Shown here: positions 47,423 through 57,461 of the stretch, piece after piece
Layout of the letters: each line of letters opens with the position of its first letter
Position numbering within the stretch: the first letter of the stretch is position 1
NCBI GenBank assembly: GCA_018819225.1
Contig: JAHJQN010000004.1
Location: 273,715-337,714 of the forward strand
Length of the DNA stretch: 64,000 bases
Direction of reading: 5' to 3'
Source: Candidatus Micrarchaeota archaeon
GTDB taxonomy: Archaea; Micrarchaeota; Micrarchaeia; Norongarragalinales; SBBD01
Program-made: the position numbers and the translations under genes
The notes under the pieces: model-generated
The model's input: the letters and a program-made list of their open reading frames with translations, nothing else
Told to the model about the DNA's origin: nothing
Databases searched by the model: none

Positions 47423-49159
47423 TTATTTCGACTCCTCTTCCAATTCCTTGGAAGCCGCTTTCTCCATCTGCTCCAGTTCTTCCTCGGCGTCCTCCACCTT
47501 ATCCGCTTTTTCCTCCATCGCCGTCCGCACTTCCGCAATCTTTTGAAGCTTGTTCTTCAATACGGATTGTTCTTTTCCGGTGAGCTCGCCCAGCGCTTGC
47601 GCCACTTCCCCGATATAACGGAAGAACAATTGGCGGCGGCGCTCCTGGTCTTCAATGCGCTGCATGGAATGAAGATAATGCGAAATGTCTCGCGCGCACT
47701 CCATCAGAGCCGCTCGAATCTCAGTGACAATCTCCTCTTCCGCGGAAATCGCGAGCTTTCCCGCACCGGTATACGGAACGTATACGCTCACGAAATTCAC
47801 AAAAATCGTGACCGGCTTTTCCTCCCAATCCTTCAAATCATACCGCGCCCAATCAATCGTTTTTGCGGCCTCCGAAATCGCGCACGAGCCCGCGTCAAAC
47901 AACAACGGAACGCGATTCGAAAAACGAAGCAGTTCTCCGCCCGGTTGATTCCCTTTAACGGCCCCCGCATTTCCTCCGTAAGCAATCCCGGCCTCCACCA
48001 GAAACGGAATCCCTCCACGAAACACGCGAGGCCTGCGTGCCACGACTTTCAACGCTTCCGGCTTTAAAAGGTTCTTCAGACTCTTTTCCAACTGGAGCTC
48101 GCCAATCGGTATCAGTGTGCTCGTTTCGGGAGAAATCCATTTTACGGTCTGAATGGCTTGCACGATTCGCTCCGCTTCATGCCACTTCAAGGAACCCGGA
48201 GAACGATTGAAGTCCACGAAATTGTGGGGCGGCTCCGTATTCTCCTTGGGATTCAACTTCGCATTCACGAGCGCGTCCAACTCTTTCACCTTATCGTTAC
48301 TCACGCGAGAAAATTCGGTGACCAAAAATGAAGAAATTTTTCGCGCTTTGGAAATAGCCGCCATGTCCATGATGTCCGACGTCGTCAATCCCAGCGGATG
48401 CGGCAACGTCGGTTTGGGTTTCGGCGGAATTTGAGTAATGGCTCGGGGAAACACGACGATCTCCTTCGTCGGCTCGATCAGCGACAGCTGCACATGCGGG
48501 TTCGCGAGCGCCGTACGCCGCAAATACTCATACACACCGTACTCCGAACGATTGTAAGTCACTTCCGCGAACTCGGCGGCAATGCGCACGCCCCTAAAAT
48601 TCTGAGAAAATTCTTTTCCGTTCGTGATCACCGGCTCGTTCGTTTTCACGTCTATGGCCACGTCCGCCTCAAACGCCTTGTAATTGCCGATACCCGTTTT
48701 AATGTGCGTGGGCTTGCCCGTCGTAATCTGAGAAAAAAGGGTCGCATACGCCGCCCCGATTCCCTGCTGACCCCTCTGCTGGCGTCGCTGGCTAAACTTC
48801 GTACCGGATAACAGTTTCCCGAACGCCTGACCGATCTTGCTTTTCGGAACTCCGGTCCCGTTATCTTGAGTAATAATCTTGATGTGCGAATTCAACTGCT
48901 GTACTTCCACGGAAATTTCGGGAGGAATATTCGCATCCTCCGCGGAATCAATGGAGTTCGTCACGTATTCATGAACGATCGTGGTCAACGAACGCACTTT
49001 ACCGCTGTAACCCAACATCTGCCGATTCTTCTTAAAGAATTCCGCGACGGAATACTCCTTAAAGTCCTTCGCCATGACGCGCTCCGTATCATCAAACGAC
49101 GATTCTTTTGCCGAATCCGCGGTCTGACCAGTTTCAATGGGTTTCGGTTTTTCCGTCAT
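47423..49159 (-). CDS. top6B: DNA topoisomerase VI subunit B
   Basis: GHKL ATPase (Bergerat) fold: ITQDNGTGVP ATP-lid plus transducer domain; 578 aa. Confidence 0.9.
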   Translation of the reverse strand: MTEKPKPIETGQTADSAKESSFDDTERVMAKDFKEYSVAEFFKKNRQMLGYSGKVRSLTTIVHEYVTNSIDSAEDANIPPEISVEVQQLNSHIKIITQDNGTGVPKSKIGQAFGKLLSGTKFSQRRQQRGQQGIGAAYATLFSQITTGKPTHIKTGIGNYKAFEADVAIDVKTNEPVITNGKEFSQNFRGVRIAAEFAEVTYNRSEYGVYEYLRRTALANPHVQLSLIEPTKEIVVFPRAITQIPPKPKPTLPHPLGLTTSDIMDMAAISKARKISSFLVTEFSRVSNDKVKELDALVNAKLNPKENTEPPHNFVDFNRSPGSLKWHEAERIVQAIQTVKWISPETSTLIPIGELQLEKSLKNLLKPEALKVVARRPRVFRGGIPFLVEAGIAYGGNAGAVKGNQPGGELLRFSNRVPLLFDAGSCAISEAAKTIDWARYDLKDWEEKPVTIFVNFVSVYVPYTGAGKLAISAEEEIVTEIRAALMECARDISHYLHSMQRIEDQERRRQLFFRYIGEVAQALGELTGKEQSVLKNKLQKIAEVRTAMEEKADKVEDAEEELEQMEKAASKELEEESK

Positions 49160-49668
49160 TTCAAACTCAGCCTTTTCTCGCGGTTCCGCTTCTCCAGGTA
49201 CGCGAAAACCGTTGAGTGGGTTGCTCCTTCCAATAACCGCAGAATCCCTTCCTTCGCGTCCTGCAGATCCTCGAATTCCCCGAGTATCGCGACATCCTCA
49301 TCCGAAATCGCGATGAATGCACCGCTCAATTCTTCGATCGTGCGTTTGGCTTTTCCCTGAACGCCAATAATCCGGCCCTTGTAACGCGTAATCGCTTTTT
49401 CATTACGCACAAGCAGCTTGAGATTAAGCACTTCGATGAAAAAATTATCGTTGAAAAGTTTAAAAGCTTTCTGCGGCGGAAACCCCCAATTCATGGCTTG
49501 CAATACTTGTTTCGCCGCCCACACATCTCCCGGCTCGCCATCCAATTGCAGTCCATCCGAAGACCAGGACATGGAAACGCGGCCCTGTTGCTCCAACTTG
49601 CGCTGCCAAATGCCATCGTTCTTCTTCAATTCCTTGGACGCGAAAGGGATAACCGAAATGAAATCCAT
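49156..49668 (-). CDS. KH-domain RNA-binding protein (Dim2/Pno1-like)
   Basis: KH GxxG-type loop (GRIIGVQGKAKRTIEELSG). Overlaps the top6B start by 4 nt. Confidence 0.55.
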   Translation of the reverse strand: MDFISVIPFASKELKKNDGIWQRKLEQQGRVSMSWSSDGLQLDGEPGDVWAAKQVLQAMNWGFPPQKAFKLFNDNFFIEVLNLKLLVRNEKAITRYKGRIIGVQGKAKRTIEELSGAFIAISDEDVAILGEFEDLQDAKEGILRLLEGATHSTVFAYLEKRNREKRLSLK

Positions 49669-49793
49669 AAGCCGTGCGACCCTCTAAAAAAGGGAAACGT
49701 TCCAAACAAAGGTATTGATAGACCTCGAACAAAAGAATGAGACGTTGCATGTTTATATAGGAAACGCTTGTGCACCCCCGGTGATTATCCTCC

Positions 49794-51023
49794 ATGCGAT
49801 TTGAACCCGAACACTTCATCGTCGAAGAAATTATTCCAACCGGAGACGTGCTCAAAATAAACGAAGCGTTTACGAAAAAAGATGAGGACGACCTCAAACC
49901 CGCCTACTACTTCACGCAATTCATCCTCCAAAAACGACTATGGACGACCGCACACGCCATTCGGGAGGTTGCGCGCCGCCTGCACCTGTCCCAAAAACGC
50001 TTGAATTACGCAGGCAACAAAGACCGAAACGCCGTAACGACCCAACGCTGTTCCGCTTTCGCCGTGGAACCCGAGCGCATCATGAACCTAAGAATAAAAG
50101 ATATCACGATTCTCGGCGCATGGAAAACAAAAGAAAAAGTGGCTTTAGGGGAGGTCATGGGCAACCGGTTCACTATCCGAGTGCCCAGCAAAACCTACGA
50201 CGCGAAAACGATTCAAGAAAAAGCGCGCGCCGCCTCCATGACGATCCCAAACCTATTTGGACCCCAACGATTCGGAAGCGTTCGCAACATCACACACGAA
50301 ATTGGAAAACGACTGGTGCAGGAAAAATATGCGGAAGCGATCACCCATTATCTCACCGCCCACGATGAACAGGAACATCACGCGGAAGCGCGACACGCTC
50401 GAAAGCGGTTAAAGGAAACCATGGATTACACGGAAGCGCTCCGCACCTTCCCGCAGCACCTGCGAATCGAGCGCACGCTCATCGCCCATCTCGCGAAACA
50501 ACCGAACGATCATTTGGGCGCGTTCCGAAAACTGCACCGCAGCATGCAACTCCTCTTTGTCCACGCATACCAAAGCCACTTGTTTAATCAAGTGACTGAA
50601 CGACGAAAAAGGGCAGGCCATTTACTCCACGCGAACATCGGGGACGCGTATGCGTCATTAAACGAAAACGGTTTTCCAAACCTCGAAACCATGCATCGAA
50701 TAGAGGATGCAGAACAAAGAGAAATGGCGCAAGAAAAGGTGAATGAACGCAAGGCCGTGCTCTTGGGACGCCTCATCGGATACGAAAGCGATCTCGGAGA
50801 AGCCGAACAGAATCTCCTCGCCGAAGAAGGGATTTCGCTTCAACAATTCCACCTGCGCAGCTTGCCTGAACTCAGCCCGAAAGGTGGCTGGAGACCCTTG
50901 TTCCTATTCCTGAACGATTTCCAGGCGAATGAAGAGAATGACTGGTCAGTACTTCGATTTTCCTTACCTGCCGGAAGTTATGCAACCGTCGCCCTACACG
51001 CACTCGGAATCGCGCCCGAATAG
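49794..51023 (+). CDS. truD: tRNA pseudouridine(13) synthase TruD
   Basis: NYAGNKDRNAVTTQ matches the TruD catalytic-Asp motif (G.KD..A.T.Q); 409 aa. Confidence 0.75.
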   Translation: MRFEPEHFIVEEIIPTGDVLKINEAFTKKDEDDLKPAYYFTQFILQKRLWTTAHAIREVARRLHLSQKRLNYAGNKDRNAVTTQRCSAFAVEPERIMNLRIKDITILGAWKTKEKVALGEVMGNRFTIRVPSKTYDAKTIQEKARAASMTIPNLFGPQRFGSVRNITHEIGKRLVQEKYAEAITHYLTAHDEQEHHAEARHARKRLKETMDYTEALRTFPQHLRIERTLIAHLAKQPNDHLGAFRKLHRSMQLLFVHAYQSHLFNQVTERRKRAGHLLHANIGDAYASLNENGFPNLETMHRIEDAEQREMAQEKVNERKAVLLGRLIGYESDLGEAEQNLLAEEGISLQQFHLRSLPELSPKGGWRPLFLFLNDFQANEENDWSVLRFSLPAGSYATVALHALGIAPE

Positions 51024-51064
51024 CAAGCCATTTAAAGATAAATGAATCGAATAATTCGAGCCAA

Positions 51065-51179
51065 GGGCTCGTAGCTCAGCCGGCAGAGCGATCGGCTCTT
51101 AACCGATAGGTCGAGGGTTCGAAACCCGTTTTATTCCCGTGAAAAATAAAGCGCTTATGCGAAACTCCCTCCGAGCCCG
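51065..51179 (+). tRNA. tRNA-Lys(CTT) with ~42-nt intron in the T-loop region (non-canonical position ~59-61)
   Basis: GGGCTCG acceptor, anticodon stem ATCGG/CCGAT with loop CTCTTAA, T stem GAGGG + TTCGAAA, then 42 nt before CCCTC-CGAGCCC-G. CGAAAC is repeated at both junctions, so the exact splice sites are ambiguous. Confidence 0.6.
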
Positions 51180-51181
51180 CT

Positions 51182-53101
51182 CTATTTTTTGAATAACCGG
51201 CGCACGCGATACGAGGCGCGCTGCTTATTCAATGTTTCCAAACGGGACTTGATTTCCGTCAACTTCCGCTCGTTCGCCAACATCTTGGAACGATAAACGT
51301 CTTGCGACACTTGACGCTTCAACAAACGGTACTTGAGATCCTGCTTTTCATTTTCCATACGAACGCGTTCGGCCTCCAAAAGTGCGGGTTCCTTCGCACG
51401 CTTCCGGTACGAACGCACGCTTTTCAGGAAACCATACCCCAGCAAGCCCGCGACCGCCAATAGCGCCCCATAAACAATATACGCATTCGGACGAGGAGGA
51501 ATATAGACCGTATACAAAAAGGCTTCCTCTCCCGGAATTAATCGCGCCACGAACACTCCGGATTCGTTTAAGGCATTCGATAAACGGATGGCGTACGTCC
51601 CATTCACGGGAGGAAAAATCTCGCAAATGAAGTTGGAATGCGTACCGTCAAATGGGGGGCGGCAAATGCACGTGGACGGTCCCTTGCAAGGTAAATTGAA
51701 TGCCAGACGAGACTCGCTATCCGTGAACACGAACACCCGCGTCTTGCGCGTCGAGTCAATGACCTCGGGAGAAAAATAGTACTCCAGGACGAGAATGGAG
51801 TTAATGATTTCTTCCAGTTCAGGAATAATGGTGGGCCGCACCTCCTTTTTCACCGCCGTATTAGGAGGCAACGGCGTCGCATCCCACGTCGCAGAAGGAA
51901 GAGTGTACGTCGAAGGGGCTGGAAGCGCTCCAGGATAGAACGCGGGATCTTCCGAAGGAGGCAAGGGAGCTACCGTGATGCCCGGTTGTCCCGTTAAACA
52001 TCCTCTGCCTCCAGAGGTCCACTGCCATTCCAAACCAACGCGTTCGCAGGAATACCCGATTCCCCCGCAATTAATGAACTGGCACGAATTACCCGAATTG
52101 CACGTCCACTCCCGGTAATTGCATGAAGAAGAAACGGATACCGCCGCGCAACCCAAACATTCTCCGGCAATTTTAAGCTGTTGCGAAGTACACGAATCCT
52201 GACACGCCCCCGGTACCTGCGAACAACCTTTAACGGGATCGCAAACCGCACTGCAACAACCCGGCGACCGACACCGATCGGATTCCAACGAACAACCCGC
52301 CTTGCCCTCCGTAAACGCATAATGCCATGACCCTCCCCCTACCGAAACGCACGCGTTGCCAGGACACACGGGCTGACCCGCACATTGAGAACCATCCAAA
52401 CTCCATTCAAATTGAGCGCTCGTTCCATTAAACGTGCACGCGAACAACCCGCTCCCACAAACCCCTTGATCGCAATACGTTTCCAAAGTACACGGGGATA
52501 CGGTTGCCACGCATTCACCGCCTTGGCACGTTCCATGCGTGGAAAGATTCTGAGCGCCGCAAACGTCGTTACAAACCGTTCCATTCGCCAACGGTTCGCA
52601 TAACCACGTTTGATTCGAACAAACATAAGACGTATTGATTCCGCAAGCCCCGCATTCGGACGGGTAACCACTGCAGCCGCCGCTACAACAAAACGCGTCC
52701 TCTCCGCACGAGAAACCGGTTTGATCATTGCCGCAAGATACATCGACGGTAGCTACCCCGCATTCCAACGAAACCGCCGGAGCCTCCAGCGATGCATTCG
52801 CAAGAAATTCGCCGGACGCGTTATAGGTGCAATTCGCGTAAAAGAGTTCCGACGTATACCCGCAGCTTTCTTCCGAACGAATGAGCTCGTAAACATCCGG
52901 CAAACCTTCATTCGCGCAATCCATTTCTATTGAAATGGAACCGCACACGTGAGACACGTTAATCGACAAGGAAATCGTCGTCTGCACGTCTCCCGAGTAC
53001 TCGGAGGGAACCAACGCACAAGCTGGAGGCAACTGAATGGGAGGTGCTGCCAACGCGTTCACGGCCCAAAGGATGAGCAGAACACTAAACAGTAACCGCA
53101 T
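51182..53101 (-). CDS. Cys-rich surface protein with TM anchor and cytoplasmic coiled-coil tail
   Basis: Signal peptide, about 60 Cys in the ectodomain (many CxxC/CGxxxC), a TM near residue 540 and a basic coiled-coil C-terminus. Confidence 0.55.
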   Translation of the reverse strand: MRLLFSVLLILWAVNALAAPPIQLPPACALVPSEYSGDVQTTISLSINVSHVCGSISIEMDCANEGLPDVYELIRSEESCGYTSELFYANCTYNASGEFLANASLEAPAVSLECGVATVDVSCGNDQTGFSCGEDAFCCSGGCSGYPSECGACGINTSYVCSNQTWLCEPLANGTVCNDVCGAQNLSTHGTCQGGECVATVSPCTLETYCDQGVCGSGLFACTFNGTSAQFEWSLDGSQCAGQPVCPGNACVSVGGGSWHYAFTEGKAGCSLESDRCRSPGCCSAVCDPVKGCSQVPGACQDSCTSQQLKIAGECLGCAAVSVSSSCNYREWTCNSGNSCQFINCGGIGYSCERVGLEWQWTSGGRGCLTGQPGITVAPLPPSEDPAFYPGALPAPSTYTLPSATWDATPLPPNTAVKKEVRPTIIPELEEIINSILVLEYYFSPEVIDSTRKTRVFVFTDSESRLAFNLPCKGPSTCICRPPFDGTHSNFICEIFPPVNGTYAIRLSNALNESGVFVARLIPGEEAFLYTVYIPPRPNAYIVYGALLAVAGLLGYGFLKSVRSYRKRAKEPALLEAERVRMENEKQDLKYRLLKRQVSQDVYRSKMLANERKLTEIKSRLETLNKQRASYRVRRLFKK

Positions 53102-53161
53102 GAGGATACAGACGAGTCCCAGAGAATAAAAGTGTTGTGGAAAAGAGTGAACAGAAGGGAT

Positions 53162-53488
53162 TCAGATGCGCAGCAGGCCCTTTTTAACTAATTGCTCCAC
53201 TTGCGGCCGCGTATACCGGTACGCAATATCCGCTTTCTCGTCCGATTCAACGACCCACGGGGTAATCAGCACGATGTCTCCGGAACGCATCCAGAGCTTC
53301 ATGCGAATGCGTCCAGGAATGCGGCACAAGCGTTCCTTGCCGTCTTCACAATTAACAAATAAACGAGAACCCCCCACCAATTCCCGCACGACTCCGAACA
53401 GTTCACCCTCGCGGGGCAGACGCAACCGGAAAGGCTGGTCGCCACGGTTTTGTTTCTTCTTGTGTCGCGGCTTTCGGTAAAATCCCAT
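53162..53488 (-). CDS. eif1a: translation initiation factor aIF-1A
   Basis: S1-like OB fold; GELFGVVRELVGGSRLFVNCEDGKERLCRIPGRIR is close to the archaeal/eukaryotic IF1A consensus. Confidence 0.9.
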   Translation of the reverse strand: MGFYRKPRHKKKQNRGDQPFRLRLPREGELFGVVRELVGGSRLFVNCEDGKERLCRIPGRIRMKLWMRSGDIVLITPWVVESDEKADIAYRYTRPQVEQLVKKGLLRI

Positions 53489-53492
53489 GGGA

Positions 53493-53897
53493 TCACACTA
53501 ATACGGGCGATCGCGCACCACACGCCTCGCAAATCAATATTTTCGCGCTTCGCCCATGCGACTCGATCGACGTATCCGGCTTATGGCATTCATGACAGAT
53601 CACGTGCGTCTGGGCGTACAAACCGATTTTTTCATTAATCAAGCGGTCACTGACCTTGGTTTGCAACAGCAAACGCCCGCCTTCCATGACCCCCGGAACG
53701 GCCAGTTCCCGAAACAAGAACTTCGCCAGGTCTGCGGGCTTGCGACGAAGCGTTTGGCAAATCGCGTCAAAATTACGGATTAACGTCTTATTGCCTTCAA
53801 TGAATGCGTCCGCGATAGGCACTTCAAAACGTTCGCCGGAAGACTTCTTCTCGGGAAGGGACGCGTAAACCTCTGTCAACATGTTTTCGTAGTTCAT
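53493..53897 (-). CDS. eif2b: translation initiation factor aIF-2 beta subunit
   Basis: MNYENMLTEVY...YVICHECHKPDT...CEACGA zinc ribbon. The true start is 53897; the upstream extension in the ORF track is spurious. Confidence 0.85.
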   Translation of the reverse strand: MNYENMLTEVYASLPEKKSSGERFEVPIADAFIEGNKTLIRNFDAICQTLRRKPADLAKFLFRELAVPGVMEGGRLLLQTKVSDRLINEKIGLYAQTHVICHECHKPDTSIESHGRSAKILICEACGARSPVLV

Positions 53898-54292
53898 GAA
53901 ATGGAAACCACTCGCTCTCCAGAAACGGAGAAGTAGGAAGTATACTACCGTTTCCCTCATTTTTAAGGCTTTCTTCCCGGCGCACGACTCACCAATCGCT
54001 TGGAAGTTAGACGCTTGATGGGGGAAGGCGCGTACGCTTTTTCGGGCTTTCGCAGCAACTGCATGAGCACGTAAGCGAACTGCAGCGATATTCCTGCAGC
54101 AACAAGTAATTTCGCCCAAAAGAATACCGTGCTTTCATCCGGATATTTCTGCAGGACGCCCGCAAGAAATAATAGAACGCCGCCCACGATCGCTGCGGCG
54201 CCCGTTCGACCCAACAGAAATTTGGTGACCATAACCGAATATTCAAATACCGGTGCCTAATAATGCTTGGGGGAACGCATGAAAAGAGGTGC

Positions 54293-54667
54293 ATGGGAAT
54301 GAAGAAGAAAACGCTTTCACCCGAACAACATCGCATCCTAATGGAAAAAGGCACCGAGCCCCCTTTTTCCGGTAGGCTGCTGAACCACAAGGAAAAAGGG
54401 GTTTACGAGTGCGCGAACTGCGGTAGTTCGTTGTTCTCCTCCGAAACCAAGTTCGATTCGGGGAGTGGATGGCCGAGTTTTCATGATGTCATCAATAATA
54501 AAAAAGTAGTACTAAAAACGGATGCGAGTCTTGGAATGAAGAGAGTGGAAGTATCGTGCAAGCAATGCGGAGGTCATTTGGGGCACGTGTTTGATGACGG
54601 CCCGCAACCCACGGGAAAACGCTATTGCATTAATTCGCTGGCGCTCGAGTTCAAGAAAAACCGTTGA
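54293..54667 (+). CDS. msrB: peptide-methionine (R)-S-oxide reductase MsrB
   Basis: CANCGSSLFSS...GWPSFHD...CKQCGGHLGHVFDDGP contains both CxxC pairs and the catalytic region. The start is probably Met at 54293 or 54299. Confidence 0.85.
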   Translation: MGMKKKTLSPEQHRILMEKGTEPPFSGRLLNHKEKGVYECANCGSSLFSSETKFDSGSGWPSFHDVINNKKVVLKTDASLGMKRVEVSCKQCGGHLGHVFDDGPQPTGKRYCINSLALEFKKNR

Positions 54668-54886
54668 CTAGCTTTTTCTTGTTGTCTTCAAGTATTGCGT
54701 CCGAAAAACGAAGGCCACGAGCATGATTCCGGAAGCCAGCCCTAATGGAAACGTCCCAGACGAATTTCCTCGCAAGGAGGAATCAATAGCCGAGACCCCG
54801 AAAACGACTCCCGCAATCAGATACGGATAAGGGGAATAGAGGAATCGGTTGAAGGCGTCTTTTTTCTGAACTCGTCTCTTTTTCAT
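54668..54886 (-). CDS. small membrane protein, hypothetical
   Basis: 72 aa with two hydrophobic helices; weak. Confidence 0.3.
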   Translation of the reverse strand: MKKRRVQKKDAFNRFLYSPYPYLIAGVVFGVSAIDSSLRGNSSGTFPLGLASGIMLVAFVFRTQYLKTTRKS

Positions 54887-54916
54887 AATAAAAGTTAGTT
54901 GACGGTTTATAAAAAG

Positions 54917-54932
54917 ATAGTGCAGGGGGAGT
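54917..54932. repeat. att-like copy 0 of tRNA-Leu 3' end
   Basis: ATAGTGCAGGGGGAGT on the plus strand. Its reverse complement CTCCCCCTGCACTAT matches the tRNA-Leu acceptor 3' strand + discriminator. Confidence 0.5.
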
Positions 54933-55017
54933 AAGCGCAGCCGTGGGCTTGAAGCAGACCATCGGAATCCTTGTCCGAAGAAACATTTAAATATTTATCA
55001 GTTGATATATTTATCGG

Positions 55018-55311
55018 TTGATTAATATGGAAAATATCTTCGTTTCGTTCAAGCCCCGGAATTTGGACCGCTATCCCCGGCTGGATACCGTACTCATGGT
55101 GGAAAAGGAACTCTTCAAGCACCGTAGCGACAAGACGATTACGGAAATCTGGAGAGGACTTCCAAGGAAAGTCCTGTGGACGACGTACACCACCATTCTT
55201 GATTACTTGGAATATTCGGGCAAGATCCACATCGAGAAGGACAAAACGATTACGTGGCTCTGGAACCCCCAGCTATTGGAGCGAATAAAACGAGAGGGCA
55301 TCGAAGCATGA
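55018..55311 (+). CDS. small winged-helix-like protein (putative antitoxin/regulator), cassette 1
   Basis: 97 aa; paralogous to 57186-57461 (DTVLMVEKELF...ILDYLEYSGKI vs KTVIMVEEVLA...ILEYLEASNKI). ATGA overlap with the downstream gene. Confidence 0.45.
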   Translation: MINMENIFVSFKPRNLDRYPRLDTVLMVEKELFKHRSDKTITEIWRGLPRKVLWTTYTTILDYLEYSGKIHIEKDKTITWLWNPQLLERIKREGIEA

Positions 55312-55658
55312 ACGATTCCCGCACTATCCGCGTGCGCTTTGTAGACAGGAAGCTATACGAGACATACCTCAAGTTGAAGGCGGGAAAAACGGAAGAAAAG
55401 AGACTGGCGGAATACTTGGAACGAGCCATCCAAGACCTCAAGAAGGACCCGTTTTGCGGCATCCAAATCCCCCGTAGACTATGGCCGAAGGATTACGTGC
55501 GAAAATACGGCATCAACAACTTGCGGAAGTACGATTTGCCGAACGGCTGGCGATTAGTTTACACGCTGGTCGGCAACCAAATCGAGATTGTTTCCATCCT
55601 CTTGGAATGGTTCAAGCATAAAGAGTACGAAAAACGCTTTCATTACAAGGTAAGATAA
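55308..55658 (+). CDS. RelE/ParE/YoeB-superfamily toxin-like protein, cassette 1
   Basis: 117 aa. KKDPFCGIQIP...WRLVYTLVGNQIEIVSILLEWFKHKEYEKRFHY fits the RelE/YoeB pattern (conserved G, WR..Y, C-terminal H.Y). Paralogous to 56833-57189. Confidence 0.45.
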   Translation: MNDSRTIRVRFVDRKLYETYLKLKAGKTEEKRLAEYLERAIQDLKKDPFCGIQIPRRLWPKDYVRKYGINNLRKYDLPNGWRLVYTLVGNQIEIVSILLEWFKHKEYEKRFHYKVR

Positions 55659-55670
55659 CCATTTTCACGT

Positions 55671-55688
55671 CTGAGTGCAGGGGGAGGG
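55671..55688. repeat. att-like copy 1 of tRNA-Leu 3' end
   Basis: CTGAGTGCAGGGGGAGGG; 18 of 19 nt match the tRNA-Leu 3' end including part of the T stem. Confidence 0.55.
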
Positions 55689-55782
55689 CAGCGAGCCTAT
55701 GGCTCTGTGCAGACCGGCTTGTCGTGTATTCGTAGTCATATTTGTAGAAACCTTTATATATTTGTAGTCACCTAAGGATCGT

Positions 55783-56724
55783 ATGCATATCGAGATTCGC
55801 ACGATCGGCAGGAAAAAGAAATTCTACCTTGCTCATTCGTACCGCCGGCAAGGGAAAGTAGTTAAACTGCGGGTTTATCTGGGGTCTGGCCTTTCCTCAG
55901 ACGAATTGGCTGCAAGGAAGGTCCGTGCTGAAGAGCGTCTCAGTTTTCGGATTTCGGCAATAGGCTCAATCCGAGATCCGTTTCAAACGGCTCTCTCCGC
56001 CAGCGAACTGCGGGAACTTGAAACACTCGAAACCAGGGGGGAAATCGCAGTAAGGTACCTGTCGGAAGAGGACTGGCGCAAATTCACCGAAGCGTTCGCA
56101 TTCGACACCAACGCCATCGAAGGCTCTTCGGTTCTTGCAAACGAAGTCGGCGACATTCTGGAAAGGGACAAGTGGCCGGACAAACCGAAAGAAGACATTT
56201 CCGAGACTTACGGGGTTGCCAAGGCAATCGAATTCATACGAAAGACCAAAGACCCCGTTTCCATTCCCCTCGTACTCGAACTCCACCGGCTGGTCTTCCG
56301 GAATTCGAAACCGTTTGCTGGAAGGCTGCGCGGTCGAGGTGTCGAAGTGGTAATCGGCGACGGGAGAGGCAACGTCATCCACCGCGGCGCGCCTTCCACG
56401 CAGGTGCGTAGCCTACTGGGCAAGCTAGTCAAATGGTACGGTGAGAACAAGAAAAAATATCCTCCACTGGTACTGGCCGCCGTGGTGCATAACCAGTTCG
56501 AGAACATCCACCCGTTCCAGGACGGCAACGGCCGAGTCGGAAGGCTGCTATTGAACAACATCCTCCTCAAGCACGGCCTTCCCCCGCTAAACATCGAGCT
56601 CCGCAACCGGCAGGAATACTACGCCGCCCTGCAGGAATACGAGCGCAGCCAGAACATCCGGCCGACAATCGAGCTGATGCTTAAGGAATACCGCGCCCTC
56701 AAGCGGCTGCTCAAGAAAAGGTGA
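55783..56724 (+). CDS. fic: Fic-domain protein (AMPylase/Doc-Fic family) with internal inhibitory helix motif
   Basis: Fic signature HPFQDGNGRVGRLL (HxFx[DE]GNGRxxR) and upstream TNAIEG ([ST]xxxE[GN] inhibitory motif); 313 aa. Confidence 0.8.
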   Translation: MHIEIRTIGRKKKFYLAHSYRRQGKVVKLRVYLGSGLSSDELAARKVRAEERLSFRISAIGSIRDPFQTALSASELRELETLETRGEIAVRYLSEEDWRKFTEAFAFDTNAIEGSSVLANEVGDILERDKWPDKPKEDISETYGVAKAIEFIRKTKDPVSIPLVLELHRLVFRNSKPFAGRLRGRGVEVVIGDGRGNVIHRGAPSTQVRSLLGKLVKWYGENKKKYPPLVLAAVVHNQFENIHPFQDGNGRVGRLLLNNILLKHGLPPLNIELRNRQEYYAALQEYERSQNIRPTIELMLKEYRALKRLLKKR

Positions 56725-56773
56725 CTACAAACCCGCAAGCGTAGTCACCCAATGCGCAAACCCCTGGAACTCA

Positions 56774-56799
56774 CAGCCCAAGGCTGAGTGCAGGGGAAG
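56774..56799. repeat. att-like copy 2 of tRNA-Leu 3' end
   Basis: CAGCCCAAGGCTGAGTGCAGGGGAAG vs tRNA-flank CAGCCCAGGGCTGAGTGCAGGGAGAG (24 of 26). Confidence 0.6.
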
Positions 56800-56832
56800 T
56801 AGCTCAAGCCAACGTCTTGCTGCAGTCTCTGA

Positions 56833-57189
56833 TCACTTGCGTTTGTAACCGAACCGCTTATCGTATGTCCCGTGAGGACTGATTTCAAGGACGAAGGCAA
56901 CAATTTCAACTTCTGTTCCCCCTTCGGTCAGCGAATACAGCATTCTCCAGAATTGAGGGAGTTCTACGCGGAACAGGTTCTTGATCCCGTACTTCCGCTT
57001 GTACTCGTCAGGAATCTTATCTTTAGAGATGGGCTCTCCATAATGAATGTTGGCCTTGATCAGCTCGACTTTTTTATTGATTGCGTTCAGGATGCTCCTG
57101 TCGCGTTTTGACTTGGGTGCTCGCTCATTCAAATACCGGTACACTTTCTCAGCTTCCGGCGAGAGAACGACTCGGACGGTCTTGTTCAT
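56833..57189 (-). CDS. RelE/ParE/YoeB-superfamily toxin-like protein, cassette 3
   Basis: 118 aa. YGEPISKDKIP...WRMLYSLTEGGTEVEIVAFVLEISPHGTYDKRFGY; paralogue of 55308-55658. Confidence 0.45.
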   Translation of the reverse strand: MNKTVRVVLSPEAEKVYRYLNERAPKSKRDRSILNAINKKVELIKANIHYGEPISKDKIPDEYKRKYGIKNLFRVELPQFWRMLYSLTEGGTEVEIVAFVLEISPHGTYDKRFGYKRK

Positions 57190-57461
57190 AGCTCAAGGCC
57201 TCTGGCAATGGCTTTCCTGAGAGCAGGATTGTCATTGGCGATCCATGAAATACCTTTCAGGGAAACAGCGATCTTGTTGCTGGCCTCCAAATATTCTAAA
57301 ATAACCATCAAGGTATAGTGGTTGACCTGCTTCGGAAGCATTCTTTTCAGTTCGGCAATTGTAATGACGCTCTTCTTCATGTTTGCCAAAACCTCTTCCA
57401 CCATGATGACGGTTTTCAAGTTCGGCGCATGCGCAAATTCCACGTTATACATAGTCATCAC
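57186..57461 (-). CDS. small winged-helix-like protein (putative antitoxin/regulator), cassette 3
   Basis: 91 aa; ATGA overlap with the downstream toxin-like gene; paralogue of 55018-55311. Confidence 0.45.
   Translation of the reverse strand: MMTMYNVEFAHAPNLKTVIMVEEVLANMKKSVITIAELKRMLPKQVNHYTLMVILEYLEASNKIAVSLKGISWIANDNPALRKAIARGLEL

Noticed and set aside
46504-47583. 359 aa plus-strand ORF antisense to top6A
   Set aside because: Antisense to a highly conserved gene; low-complexity composition.
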